A stretch of 41,464 bases of DNA from an uncultured Bacteroides sp. (lineage in GTDB: Bacteria; Bacteroidota; Bacteroidia; Bacteroidales; Bacteroidaceae): NCBI GenBank assembly GCA_944320635.1, contig CALUIF010000016.1, positions 1-41,464 on the forward strand, read 5' to 3'. Positions 18,264 through 28,022 of this stretch are shown one piece after another. How positions within the stretch are numbered: the stretch's first letter is position 1; every line of letters starts with the position of its first letter. Below the pieces are notes generated by a model. That model had not been told where the DNA came from. It ran no database searches and saw only the letters and a program-made list of their open reading frames with translations. The position numbers were made by a program, and so were the translations under genes.

Positions 18264-20696
18264 ATGATGAAGACTACACTCGCAATCTTACTGGCCACAT
18301 GGCTCGGATGCATCACCGCCCTGGCCGCACAACCTACGGATGCCTGCGTGAAGGGCATCCTGGTAGACTCGTTGACCCAACTGGGAGAACCCTACGCCAA
18401 CCTGCGCATTACCAAAGCCGGCAGCACCGCCACGGACGAACCCGTGGCCATGGGCGTGACCGACATGGAAGGCGCCTTCCGCATCCCGCTCTCGGGCTAC
18501 GGCACGTACGTGCTCCACATCACCTCCGTGGGCCGCGAGCCGCTGGCCAAGGAGTTCCGCGTGAGCGCCGACCATCCGGAAGCCGACCTGGGCACACTGT
18601 ACAGCTCCGAGTCGGCCGAAATGCTGGACGCGGTGGAAATCGTGGCACAGAAACCGCTGGTCAAGATGGACATCGACGAAATATCGTACAGCGTGAAAGA
18701 CGACCCCGACGCCAACACCAACACCACGCTCGAAATGCTGCGCAAAGTGCCCATGGTCACCGTGGACGGCGAAGACAACATCAAGGTGAATGGTAGCAGC
18801 AGCTTCCAAGTCTACGTCAACGGCAAGCCGAACACCATGATGAGCGCCAATCCCAGCCAGACGCTGAAAGCCATACCGGCCTCCAGCATCAAGTCCATCG
18901 AGGTGCAGACCAACCCCGGCGCGAAGTATGACGCAGAAGGCGTGGGCGGCATACTCAACATCACACTGAAAGACAACAGCGGACTGGAAGGCTACAGCCT
19001 GAACCTGAACGCCCAGGCCAGCAACCTGACGCAAGGCGGAGGCGCCTACGCCATGGTGCAAAGTGGCAAACTCACCGTGTCGGCCAACATCAACGCCAGC
19101 CACGTCAACATCCCCTCGACCGACATCGAGAACATCCGCGACGAGGAGCAGACGGGAAACCGCCTGTCGTACACGGGCAACACGGAGGGGGACATGCAGA
19201 TGATTTTCGGCAACTTCGACGCAAGCTACGAGATAGATTCGCTCAACAGCCTGTCCGCGTCGGTAGGCATATTCAACACCCCGCAACGCACCAACGGATA
19301 CAGCACCACCTGGCTGACCGACGGCGACGGGCAAACCCTGCTGGACTACGACACCCGTACCCGCAACCGCAACAAAAGCCTTTCGGTGAACGCCAACATA
19401 GACTACCGCCACACCTTCGCTGGCAACCCCAAGCACAACCTGCTGCTGGCCTACCGCATCGGCACCCAGCCCAAGGAGACCCGCGCCGCCAGCCTGTTCA
19501 GCATAGACGGCAGCAGCGAGGCAGCCGCCTCCATCGGACTGGCCGACCGCTACTCCACCGACCGGAACAACATGCTGGAGCACACTTTCCAGACCGATTA
19601 CACCCTGCCCATCGGCACAAAGCACGAGATAGAAACGGGAGCGAAGTACGTCATACGGCGCAACAGCAGCGAGAGCGAAGACTTAGACTACCGCCACAAC
19701 AGCAACATTGCCGCCGCATACGGCAGCTACAACCTGCGCACAGGACAGTTTGGCATGAAAGCCGGCGTGCGCTACGAATACACACGGCAAGACGTGCGCT
19801 TCCTCTCGGGCAACGGCAGCGACTTCGACCTGACATACCACAACGTGGTGCCTGCCCTCTCGCTCAGCTACAACTTCGGCAACGGACAACAGCTCGGAGC
19901 CGGCTACAACCTGCGCCTGTCCCGTCCCGGTATCAGCTACCTGAATCCCTACGTCAACGACCAAGACCCCACGCACGTCACTTACGGCAACCCGTCACTG
20001 GAACCGGAGAAGGCCCATAACCTCAACCTGAACTACAGCCTATTTACCACCAGGTTCATGCTCAACGCCTCACTCCGCCACTCGTTTCTGAACAATGCCC
20101 TGGAAGAGTACACCCGCTACGACGACAACGTGCTCTACACCACTTACGGCAACATCGGCAAGCGGCGCACCACCGAGCTGAGCCTCTTCCTCAACTGGAG
20201 CATCACGCCGCAAACACGGCTCACAGTGAACTCCACAACCTCCTACGTCGACCTGCGCTCGCCGTCGTTGGGCTACAGCAACCATGGCTGGCAACAGTCG
20301 CTGATGGCAGGCCTGCAACACACGTTCCCGTGCAAAATCAAGGTGAGCGGCAACTACTTCGGCAATACATCGGGCATTACGCTGCAAGGCAAATCGGGCG
20401 GCTTCGGCATCCACACCCTGGGTATCAGCCGCGCCTTCCTGAAGGACGACCGGCTCAACATCAGCCTCACGGCGCTCAACCCTTTCAGCCGCAGCATGAA
20501 AATGAATACGGAAACCAGCGGCACAGACTTTACCAACCGAATGCACATGAAGATGGACTGCCGCTCGTTCATGGTAAGTGTCAGCTTCCGCATCGGCAAC
20601 CTGAAACCCAAGCAAAAGGTACAGACAGCTTCCCAATCGGACATCATCGACCGCAATGATTCGAGCCTTCCGCTCAATGACATCATGATGCCATAA
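18264..20696 (+). CDS. TonB-dependent-receptor-like outer-membrane beta-barrel protein
   Basis: Signal peptide, carboxypeptidase-regulatory-like N-domain, plug-type motifs (LRKVPMVTVD, IEVQTNPGAKYDAEGVGGILNI) and barrel motifs (GNPSLEPE). Confidence 0.88.
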   Translation: MMKTTLAILLATWLGCITALAAQPTDACVKGILVDSLTQLGEPYANLRITKAGSTATDEPVAMGVTDMEGAFRIPLSGYGTYVLHITSVGREPLAKEFRVSADHPEADLGTLYSSESAEMLDAVEIVAQKPLVKMDIDEISYSVKDDPDANTNTTLEMLRKVPMVTVDGEDNIKVNGSSSFQVYVNGKPNTMMSANPSQTLKAIPASSIKSIEVQTNPGAKYDAEGVGGILNITLKDNSGLEGYSLNLNAQASNLTQGGGAYAMVQSGKLTVSANINASHVNIPSTDIENIRDEEQTGNRLSYTGNTEGDMQMIFGNFDASYEIDSLNSLSASVGIFNTPQRTNGYSTTWLTDGDGQTLLDYDTRTRNRNKSLSVNANIDYRHTFAGNPKHNLLLAYRIGTQPKETRAASLFSIDGSSEAAASIGLADRYSTDRNNMLEHTFQTDYTLPIGTKHEIETGAKYVIRRNSSESEDLDYRHNSNIAAAYGSYNLRTGQFGMKAGVRYEYTRQDVRFLSGNGSDFDLTYHNVVPALSLSYNFGNGQQLGAGYNLRLSRPGISYLNPYVNDQDPTHVTYGNPSLEPEKAHNLNLNYSLFTTRFMLNASLRHSFLNNALEEYTRYDDNVLYTTYGNIGKRRTTELSLFLNWSITPQTRLTVNSTTSYVDLRSPSLGYSNHGWQQSLMAGLQHTFPCKIKVSGNYFGNTSGITLQGKSGGFGIHTLGISRAFLKDDRLNISLTALNPFSRSMKMNTETSGTDFTNRMHMKMDCRSFMVSVSFRIGNLKPKQKVQTASQSDIIDRNDSSLPLNDIMMP

Positions 20697-20701
20697 TTAC
20701 A

Positions 20702-20728
20702 AATCCGCTCAATCCGCCTTATCCGCGT
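20702..20728. repeat. Three 9-bp tandem units
   Basis: AATCCGCTC / AATCCGCCT / TATCCGCGT directly after the barrel gene stop. Confidence 0.55.
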
Positions 20729-20788
20729 CTAAAAAATCAATGACCGGCATAGTATAAACTAAATATGAACAATTACTTACGTAAGTAA

Positions 20789-21403
20789 CTAATGTTCGTT
20801 TCCCGAAAGGACGGGCAAGCATATCTGGTACTTCACCGCCAAGATGCGTGTCAGAAAGACTACCACGCCACATACCACCTGGCATACCACGTCGTCCAAC
20901 CCCACAAGCGCGCACAACCAGTAGGCTAGCCCGCCCACTACACACGCCATGGCATAAATCTCCTTACGGAATATTAACGGGATTTCGTTGATAAAGACAT
21001 CGCGAAGCACACCGCCCGCCGCACCGGTCATACTGCCCATGATGATGGCCACCCAAAACGGAAAGCCCAGCGCCAAGCTTTTGCCTACGCCTACCACGGT
21101 GAACAAAGCCAAGCCGATGGTGTCGAAAATGAAAAAAGTATTGTTAAGATGAATGAGGTATTTACCGAAAAGAATGACCCAAAGCAAGGCGAGTCCGGTA
21201 CATATCAAGTAGATGGGATCAGTCATCCAGCCAGGGGTAACATCAAGCAACAAGTCGCGCAACGTTCCCCCACCAATGGCCGTAACAAAGCCCACCACGT
21301 ATGCGCCAAACCAGTCGAACCGTTTAGCCGAAGCCAGCCGTATGCCGCTGATGGCAAAGGCAAAGGTACCAATGAAATCCAGTATTTGTACAAATGTAGG
21401 CAT
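20789..21403 (-). CDS. Trimeric intracellular cation channel family / UPF0126 membrane protein
   Basis: Two repeats (FAISG…TAIGGGTLRD and DTIGL…TGAAGGVLRD) plus EIYA. Start MPTFVQ. Confidence 0.9.
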   Translation of the reverse strand: MPTFVQILDFIGTFAFAISGIRLASAKRFDWFGAYVVGFVTAIGGGTLRDLLLDVTPGWMTDPIYLICTGLALLWVILFGKYLIHLNNTFFIFDTIGLALFTVVGVGKSLALGFPFWVAIIMGSMTGAAGGVLRDVFINEIPLIFRKEIYAMACVVGGLAYWLCALVGLDDVVCQVVCGVVVFLTRILAVKYQICLPVLSGNEH

Positions 21404-21455
21404 AAAAGGAAATAAATTTGCCGGCAAAGTAACAAAAAAATCGCGTGGAAAAGCG

Positions 21456-21463
21456 TACTTTTG
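21456..21463 (+). promoter_or_regulatory. -7 box for the wecB-like gene
   Basis: TACTTTTG(CC) about 25 nt before ATG 21489. Confidence 0.6.
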
Positions 21464-21488
21464 CCCGTGAAAAAAAAATCCTGAACTT

Positions 21489-22583
21489 ATGAAAGTAACT
21501 ATTGTATCGGCTGCCCGCCCCAATTTCATGAAAATAGCCCCCTTGTGCCGTGCCATGGATGCCGCACGGAAAACAGGCGCGGACATTGCTTACCGCATCG
21601 TCTATACCGGTCCGGCCGACGACCCCAGCATAGAGGCCTCTCTCTTTTCCGACCTCGACATGCCCTGTCCCGATGCCTGCTTGGGCATCAATGTACGTAG
21701 CCACTCGCAAGTGACCGCCGACGTGATGCAAGCCTTCGAACGCGAACTGGATGCACACCCCACCCATGTAGTATTGGTAGTGGACGACACAACGGCCAGT
21801 ATGGCCTGCTCTGTAGTGGCCAAGAAACGAGGACTAAAGGTGGCACACGTCATTGCCGGAACACGCTCGTTCGACATGAACATGCCGCGCGAAGTAAACC
21901 GCACCATCGTCGATGCCATCTCCGACTACCTCTTTGCCGCCAGCATGACCGCCAACCGCAACCTTAACCGGGAAGGCATGATACCCGAATATATCCACTA
22001 CGTAGGAAACATCTTAATAGATACCACACGCTACAACCGCCATCGACTGGTGCAACCGAGATGGTTCTCTGTACTTGGGCTTCGGAAAGGACACTATCTG
22101 CTACTTACCTTGAACCGACGTGACCTGCTGGAGAAAAAAGCCGTGCTTCGCGACTTGTTGCAAACCCTGCTCGACAAGACGGGAGACTTACCCATTGTGG
22201 CTCCGCTGCACCCGTATGTAGAGGAGGCTATCAAGTCGTTGGCGCTCTCCTCGCCTCGCCTGCACATTTTACCACCACAAAGTTACCTGCACTTCGGCTT
22301 CCTCATCAATCAGGCAACAGGCATTGTGACCGACTCTGGCAATATTGCCGAAGAAGCCACCTTCCTCGATGTACCTTGCATCACTCTCAACACCTATGCC
22401 GAACATCCTGAAACCTGGCGCAATGGCACCAATGAACTGGCCGGCGAAAACGCCTCTGTCCTAGCCCATCTGCTCGACCGCCTGATGAACAGTGAATGGA
22501 AACATTGCACCACGCTACCCGAGCGTTGGGACGGCCGCACCGCTGAGCGCATTGTGCAAACGTTACTGGAGGGGGAAAAATAA
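21489..22583 (+). CDS. UDP-GlcNAc 2-epimerase (WecB)-like protein with a degenerate active site
   Basis: ARPNFMKIAP, VGN, TDSG..EE and WDGRTAERIV are retained. HVEAG, PEE and TLHR are altered. Confidence 0.85.
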   Translation: MKVTIVSAARPNFMKIAPLCRAMDAARKTGADIAYRIVYTGPADDPSIEASLFSDLDMPCPDACLGINVRSHSQVTADVMQAFERELDAHPTHVVLVVDDTTASMACSVVAKKRGLKVAHVIAGTRSFDMNMPREVNRTIVDAISDYLFAASMTANRNLNREGMIPEYIHYVGNILIDTTRYNRHRLVQPRWFSVLGLRKGHYLLLTLNRRDLLEKKAVLRDLLQTLLDKTGDLPIVAPLHPYVEEAIKSLALSSPRLHILPPQSYLHFGFLINQATGIVTDSGNIAEEATFLDVPCITLNTYAEHPETWRNGTNELAGENASVLAHLLDRLMNSEWKHCTTLPERWDGRTAERIVQTLLEGEK

Positions 22584-22607
22584 AAAACGAAAAAACAAAA
22601 ATCAGAT

Positions 22608-23564
22608 ATGAAAATCGTAGTATTGGACGGTTATGCCGCCAATCCCGGAGATTTGAACTGGGATGAACTGAAAGCCTTGGGCGAATGTACCATTTACGAC
22701 CGCACAGCTCCCGGTGAAGTATTGAAACGATCGGCTGATGCAGAGGTTATACTGACCAACAAGACAATCATTACGGCCGAGCACATTGCTGCCCTTCCGG
22801 CACTAAAATACATCGGCGTGCTGGCCACAGGATACAACATAGTAGACATAGGGGCAGCCAAAGAGCACAACATCATTGTAACCAACATTCCGGCCTACAG
22901 TACGGCTTCGGTAGCACAAATGGTGTTTGCCCACCTGCTTAACATCACTTCGCAAGTTCAACATCACTCGGAAGAAGTGCATAAAGGCCGCTGGACACAG
23001 AGCAAGGACTTCTGCTTTTGGGACACTCCTCTCATTGAGCTGCAAGGAAAAAAGCTGGGCATCGTGGGGCTGGGACACACAGGCATGGCCACCGCACGCA
23101 TTGCTTTCGGATTTGAAATGGAGATATGTGCCTATACCTCCAAGTCGCCTCTGCAATTACCACACGGCATCAAAAAGATGGAGCTGGACGAACTGTTTGC
23201 CAAGTGCGACATTGTGAGCCTGCATTGCCCGCTGACCGATGCTACCCGTGAAATGGTAAATGCCCGCCGGCTTGCCTTGATGAAGCCCACAGCCATCATT
23301 ATCAATACAGGGCGCGGTCAACTCGTTAATGAGCAAGACCTGGCTGATGCCTTAAACTGTGGAAAAATCTATGCCGCCGGGATAGACGTACTTTCGCAAG
23401 AGCCGCCCCTTGCCGCCAATCCCTTGCTCAATGCCCGGAATTGTTACATCACCCCGCACATTGCCTGGGCAAGCACTGCTGCCCGCCAAAGGTTAATGGG
23501 CATCATGTTGAACAATATCCGTGCCTACCTTGAAGGCAAACCTATAAACAATGTGGCAAAATAA
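22608..23564 (+). CDS. D-2-hydroxyacid dehydrogenase (glycerate dehydrogenase/HprA-like)
   Basis: Motifs MKIVVLDG, GIVGLGHTG, SLHCPLT, INTGRG, DVLSQEP and ITPHIAW. Confidence 0.92.
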   Translation: MKIVVLDGYAANPGDLNWDELKALGECTIYDRTAPGEVLKRSADAEVILTNKTIITAEHIAALPALKYIGVLATGYNIVDIGAAKEHNIIVTNIPAYSTASVAQMVFAHLLNITSQVQHHSEEVHKGRWTQSKDFCFWDTPLIELQGKKLGIVGLGHTGMATARIAFGFEMEICAYTSKSPLQLPHGIKKMELDELFAKCDIVSLHCPLTDATREMVNARRLALMKPTAIIINTGRGQLVNEQDLADALNCGKIYAAGIDVLSQEPPLAANPLLNARNCYITPHIAWASTAARQRLMGIMLNNIRAYLEGKPINNVAK

Positions 23565-23580
23565 AGGAGGCACTTCACCT

Positions 23581-25317
23581 CTACTTCCCAAACAGGTATT
23601 CGTAATCGCGTTTAGCCGCTTCGGCCGCCCAATCTTCAGGAATAAACTTCCATAGATTTAGCTTACGGGGCACAACGGTACCTTTACGTTCGATGTATTG
23701 CATGAGATAAAAACGCAAGTCTTTATCGGTAGAACGGATAATACGGTCGGCCAATGCTTCTTGCGGGATGCCGGCACCTTTGGTTAGCAACTCACCCCCG
23801 CCATTACCACGGTAGGAATTGACAGCTACACGATACTCCTTGGCCGGATCGAAAGGTGTACCGTCGACCATACTGATGATGTGTACACGCTGTCCTGCGG
23901 GCTTGGTGACATCTACCGTGTAGCGAATGCCTGCTGCCGAGTCGAAGTTATAGCTGGGATACTGAAAGGATGCCCGTTCAACGGAAGCATCTTGCCGCTC
24001 TCCACGCAAAAGCAACAGATGGTCGGCAGGCGAACGCATTTGAGTCGTCCACAAACTATAGGACATTTCCAAGGCATCGTGTACCTCCTGCCCCGTGAGG
24101 CGCATAGTATAGAGCAGATTCTCGTATTTGTACAGTTTGAACATGTCGCTCACCCAAACATCGCCAGCTGCGATTTGCGTGTCAAACGATAAGGGAGCAG
24201 CCAGCGAAATCTGTGCATCACCTATCTCCAGCTGAAGCTCATGAATGAGGTCAACAAAGGCAGAAGGGCCAAAATAAGCAGGACGAGTAGAAATGGTCTC
24301 CGTAAATCGCCCGATACGCTTAGAAACAAAAGTCTGCACAGCATCGCGCTGGGGCTGAAAACGACAGAGAAAATCTTCATCAGACTGCAAGTGGCTCACA
24401 TCGGCAAGCATGCCTTCCACTTGCTTGCCCACCACTTTGCCATTTCCTAATTTCAAAGTAATGTCCACACAAGCCACAGTAAGAGCATTGCTGGCAGGAT
24501 TGACGAGCAGAACAGAATCACCCTCCACATTAGCCACCTTCATACAGGCGCGCACATGGTCGTGCCCCATCAGCACCACATCAAAGCCCGGCACACGCCT
24601 GGCCACCTCGACCGAGGCATTCTCACGATACTTGCCACCCATCAGGTAAGGGTCTTTCCCGGCATGAAAAAGGCCGACAACCACATCGGCATGCTCCTCT
24701 TCACGGAGAACTTTCATCCAGCGGCGTGCCGTTTGCTCCATGTCGTCGAAACGAAGGCCAGCCCACAACCCCTTGGGAAGCCACATGGGTATGGCAGGCG
24801 TTATCAAGCCCAGTACAGCCACACGCACCCCCTCGCGCTCTAATATAATGTAAGGTTTGAAGCGCGACTTGCCTGTAGCCTCCTCCACGATATTGGCACC
24901 CAACACAGGGAAATGGCATTGAGCCGCCCAACGTTCAAACACAGCGCGCCCTGTCTCCACATCATGGTTACCCATGTTGGCAGCGTCATACCCCATGAAA
25001 TCCAACATTTCAGCGCCCACATGGGTTGCTACCGTATCCATATAGTTATAATAATAGGCCGGGGGCTGACCTTGCAGAAAGTCGCCATTATCCAGCAAAA
25101 TCAGTCCGTTACCATACACCTGCCTCTGCTCTTTTACAAAAGATGATACACGTGCCAGACTCCCAGAAGCATCGCGTTGGGCTATGAAGTCATACGGATA
25201 ATAACTTCCGTGCACATCCGAAGTCTCCACAATTTTCAACTTCACTTCTCTCTCCTGAGCGGACATTATGCCTGTCAAGAAAAGGCTACATAAAAGAAAT
25301 ACAACAAGTTTCTTCAT
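23581..25317 (-). CDS. Periplasmic metallophosphoesterase/5'-nucleotidase (CpdB-like 2',3'-cyclic-nucleotide phosphodiesterase)
   Basis: Motifs TSDVHG, LDNGD, GNHD, FHAG, GHDH and NSYRGNGGG. Signal peptide from MKKLVV. Confidence 0.9.
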   Translation of the reverse strand: MKKLVVFLLCSLFLTGIMSAQEREVKLKIVETSDVHGSYYPYDFIAQRDASGSLARVSSFVKEQRQVYGNGLILLDNGDFLQGQPPAYYYNYMDTVATHVGAEMLDFMGYDAANMGNHDVETGRAVFERWAAQCHFPVLGANIVEEATGKSRFKPYIILEREGVRVAVLGLITPAIPMWLPKGLWAGLRFDDMEQTARRWMKVLREEEHADVVVGLFHAGKDPYLMGGKYRENASVEVARRVPGFDVVLMGHDHVRACMKVANVEGDSVLLVNPASNALTVACVDITLKLGNGKVVGKQVEGMLADVSHLQSDEDFLCRFQPQRDAVQTFVSKRIGRFTETISTRPAYFGPSAFVDLIHELQLEIGDAQISLAAPLSFDTQIAAGDVWVSDMFKLYKYENLLYTMRLTGQEVHDALEMSYSLWTTQMRSPADHLLLLRGERQDASVERASFQYPSYNFDSAAGIRYTVDVTKPAGQRVHIISMVDGTPFDPAKEYRVAVNSYRGNGGGELLTKGAGIPQEALADRIIRSTDKDLRFYLMQYIERKGTVVPRKLNLWKFIPEDWAAEAAKRDYEYLFGK

Positions 25318-25373
25318 AAGTCTGTAGATAGATAAATCAGTATAATTAAAAAAACTATTCCCCCTGCTAAACA

Positions 25374-26621
25374 CTACTCATAGCGCAGGGAAGCCGCCGG
25401 CCGGATACGCGCAATAAGAAACGAGGGACCTACCAACATGAGCAAGGAGACCACAAGAGTACCCACATTCAATGCTAGCAAAAACCACAGATTGAGCGAT
25501 ACAGGAACTGTGGCCATATAATACGTGACAGGGTCGAGCTTGAACACACCGGTAAAACGTTGCAAACAGTAGAAGCCCAGTCCGAAGACATTGCCCCAAA
25601 CCATGCCCTTGCCGATGAGAAAAACAGAGAACCACAGAAATACACGGCGCACCAACCCATTTCCTGCCCCCAAGGCCTTGAGTAGTCCTATCATAGAAGT
25701 GCGCTCAATGATAATGATAAGCAAGCCCGAAATCATAGTAAACCCGGCTACACCAGTCATCAGAGCCAAAATAACCCACACATTCACGTCCAATATGCCC
25801 AACCAGGCAAAGAGTTGGGGATTGAGCTGCTCCACGTTGCGCACGCAATACTCCGCTCCATACACGTCAGCATAACCATCGAGGTCAGCACCTATCTCCC
25901 ACGTAGCCTCCTCCATCTCAGCATAATCACGCAACTCCACCTCCAAGCCACTCACTTGGCAAGACTTCCAACGGTTCAAGCGATTCACCAAATACAGGTC
26001 GGAAAGGATGAACAGGTTGTCGTACTCTGAAAAGTTTGTCTCGTAAATGCCAGCCACCTGCAAGCGCCTGGCGCGCACTTCGTCTTGGTCTATGTAGTAA
26101 GTGTCCAGCTTGTCGCCAAGCTTCAACTTCAGCTTTCCGGCCATCGCCCGAGAGATGAGTACGCGACCCGATGATGCCGAATCGCTGAACTGGGGTATCT
26201 CGCCCTCTACCAAGTGTTCACGCAAAAAGTCCAAGTCATACTCCTGTCCTACCCCCTTCAGCATCATACCGAGGAAATCAGTGTCCGTCTTCAGCATGCC
26301 GGGCTTCACGGAGTAACGCTGCACGTGTTTTACCTTGGGATAGTGGGCCAGCAAGGCCATCAGAGAGTCGTCGGCCACCACCGGATTGCTTTCGTAAGCC
26401 CCCACCGCCTCCAAGCCCGATATACGCAAGTGCGAACTGAAACCGGCCACCTTGTGACGCACCTCACTCTTGAAGCCCACAATGATGGACACGGCCACAA
26501 TCATCACCGTCAACCCTATGGCAATACCCGCCATAGCTATCAGCACAGCCGGACGCGATGCCTGCCTCCGACTGCCTCTTTCACGATAAATCCTCCGGGC
26601 TATGAATAAGGATAGGGACAT
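25374..26621 (-). CDS. LolC/LolE-like (FtsX/MacB family) ABC permease
   Basis: MSLSLFIARRIY, TM1 plus a large periplasmic domain, IERTSMIGLLKALGA, YYM..VP and C-terminal PAASLRYE. Confidence 0.88.
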   Translation of the reverse strand: MSLSLFIARRIYRERGSRRQASRPAVLIAMAGIAIGLTVMIVAVSIIVGFKSEVRHKVAGFSSHLRISGLEAVGAYESNPVVADDSLMALLAHYPKVKHVQRYSVKPGMLKTDTDFLGMMLKGVGQEYDLDFLREHLVEGEIPQFSDSASSGRVLISRAMAGKLKLKLGDKLDTYYIDQDEVRARRLQVAGIYETNFSEYDNLFILSDLYLVNRLNRWKSCQVSGLEVELRDYAEMEEATWEIGADLDGYADVYGAEYCVRNVEQLNPQLFAWLGILDVNVWVILALMTGVAGFTMISGLLIIIIERTSMIGLLKALGAGNGLVRRVFLWFSVFLIGKGMVWGNVFGLGFYCLQRFTGVFKLDPVTYYMATVPVSLNLWFLLALNVGTLVVSLLMLVGPSFLIARIRPAASLRYE

Positions 26622-26629
26622 AATAAAAA

Positions 26630-27862
26630 TTAAGAAATTTCGTCCTTACCCTCAGATTCGTCCTTATTCATTTTCTCCTGATATGCTTCCAGTGCCTTGC
26701 TCAATACAAAGAGGGCACGCGTAAGGTCTTCTTTCTTCAAAACGTAGGAAATGCGCACCTCGTTACGCCCCGCTCCCGGAGTAGTATAAAATCCCGAGGC
26801 CGGAGCCATGAACACCGTCTCGCCCTCATACTGGAAGTCGGTAAGGCACCAGGCACAAAACTTGTCCGAATCGTCTACCGGAAGTTTGGCCACAGTGTAA
26901 AATGCTCCCATAGGGATGGGCGAATACACGCCGGGAATACGGTTCAGCCCATCGATAAGACACTTGCGTCGTTCCACATACTCATCGTACACCTCACGTT
27001 GGTATTCCTCGCCCGCATCGAGCGAAGCCTCGGCGGCAATCTGCCCGATGAGCGGAGGACTGAGGCGCGCCTGGCAAAATTTCATCACTGCATCGCGAAT
27101 CTCCTTGTTCTTCGTAATCAAAGCACCGATACGGATGCCGCATTCCGAATAGCGCTTCGACACCGAGTCGATAAGCACTACGTTTTGCTCAATGCCTTCC
27201 AAATGGCAGGCCGATATATAGGGCGACCCCGTGTAGATAAACTCCCGGTACACCTCATCCGAAAAGAGGAAAAGGTCATACTTCTTCACCAAGTCGCGTA
27301 TCTGGTTCATCTCGCGGCGCGTATAGAGGTAACCCGTCGGGTTATTGGGATTGCAGATAAGGATGGCACGCGTACGCTCATTAATGAGTTCTTCAAACTT
27401 TTCCACCTTAGGCAAGGCAAAGCCCTCATCAATAGTCGTGGCAATGGTGCGTATGACAGCCCCCGCCGAGATGGCAAAAGCCATGTAGTTGGCATAGGCA
27501 GGTTCGGGCACAATAATCTCATCACCCGGATTCAGGCAAGCCAGGAAAGAGAAGAGCACCGCTTCCGAGCCCCCGGTAGTAATGATGATATCATCGGCAG
27601 AGAGCCGGATATTGAACTTCGCGTAGTAGCCCACCAGCTTCTCGCGGTAGCTCCGGATGCCTTGGCTCGGGCTATACTCCAATACCGTACGGTCAATGTT
27701 CCGGATGGCATCGAGCGCCACCTTCGGCGTAGGCAGGTCAGGCTGCCCGATGTTGAGCTGATAGACGTGTACCCCGCGTTGCTTGGCAGCTTCGGCCAAT
27801 GGGGCATATTTACGAATGGGCGATGCGGGCATTTCTTCCCCGCGGATGGATATCTTAGGCAT
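26630..27862 (-). CDS. PLP-dependent class I/II aminotransferase (aspartate aminotransferase-like)
   Basis: Motifs LNIGQPD, TTGGSEA, CNPNNPTG, SDEVY and SVSKRYSECGIRIG. Confidence 0.93.
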   Translation of the reverse strand: MPKISIRGEEMPASPIRKYAPLAEAAKQRGVHVYQLNIGQPDLPTPKVALDAIRNIDRTVLEYSPSQGIRSYREKLVGYYAKFNIRLSADDIIITTGGSEAVLFSFLACLNPGDEIIVPEPAYANYMAFAISAGAVIRTIATTIDEGFALPKVEKFEELINERTRAILICNPNNPTGYLYTRREMNQIRDLVKKYDLFLFSDEVYREFIYTGSPYISACHLEGIEQNVVLIDSVSKRYSECGIRIGALITKNKEIRDAVMKFCQARLSPPLIGQIAAEASLDAGEEYQREVYDEYVERRKCLIDGLNRIPGVYSPIPMGAFYTVAKLPVDDSDKFCAWCLTDFQYEGETVFMAPASGFYTTPGAGRNEVRISYVLKKEDLTRALFVLSKALEAYQEKMNKDESEGKDEIS

Positions 27863-27897
27863 GAGAATCTATGTTTTTACTTTTTACTATTAAGCTG

Positions 27898-27905
27898 CAA
27901 AGGTA
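27898..27905 (-). promoter_or_regulatory. -7 box for the aminotransferase-lolE-nucleotidase operon
   Basis: Minus strand reads TACCTTTG(CA). Confidence 0.65.
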
Positions 27906-28022
27906 CGCATTTATTTGAAACGCGAGGGTACCAATGACATAAAAACTTTAAAATCATAAAAACGCTATGCCATATGGAAAGAAAGGCTTATCTTTACCCT
28001 GCCAAAAATAATGATAAAGAAC

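Noticed and set aside
17875-18264. Several short ORFs with CHSSG/LQWQ repeats
   Set aside because: These are translations of the 22-bp DNA repeat on both strands, not credible proteins.
18288-19625. 445-aa minus-strand ORF
   Set aside because: It is an antisense shadow of the barrel gene. Its V/A/G-rich composition reflects the sense-strand codon bias.
2146-25317. Apparent nucleotide/NAD theme (cdd, nudC, nadC, nucleotidase) as one system
   Set aside because: The genes are scattered across separate transcription units with no shared motif seen. They are ordinary housekeeping genes.
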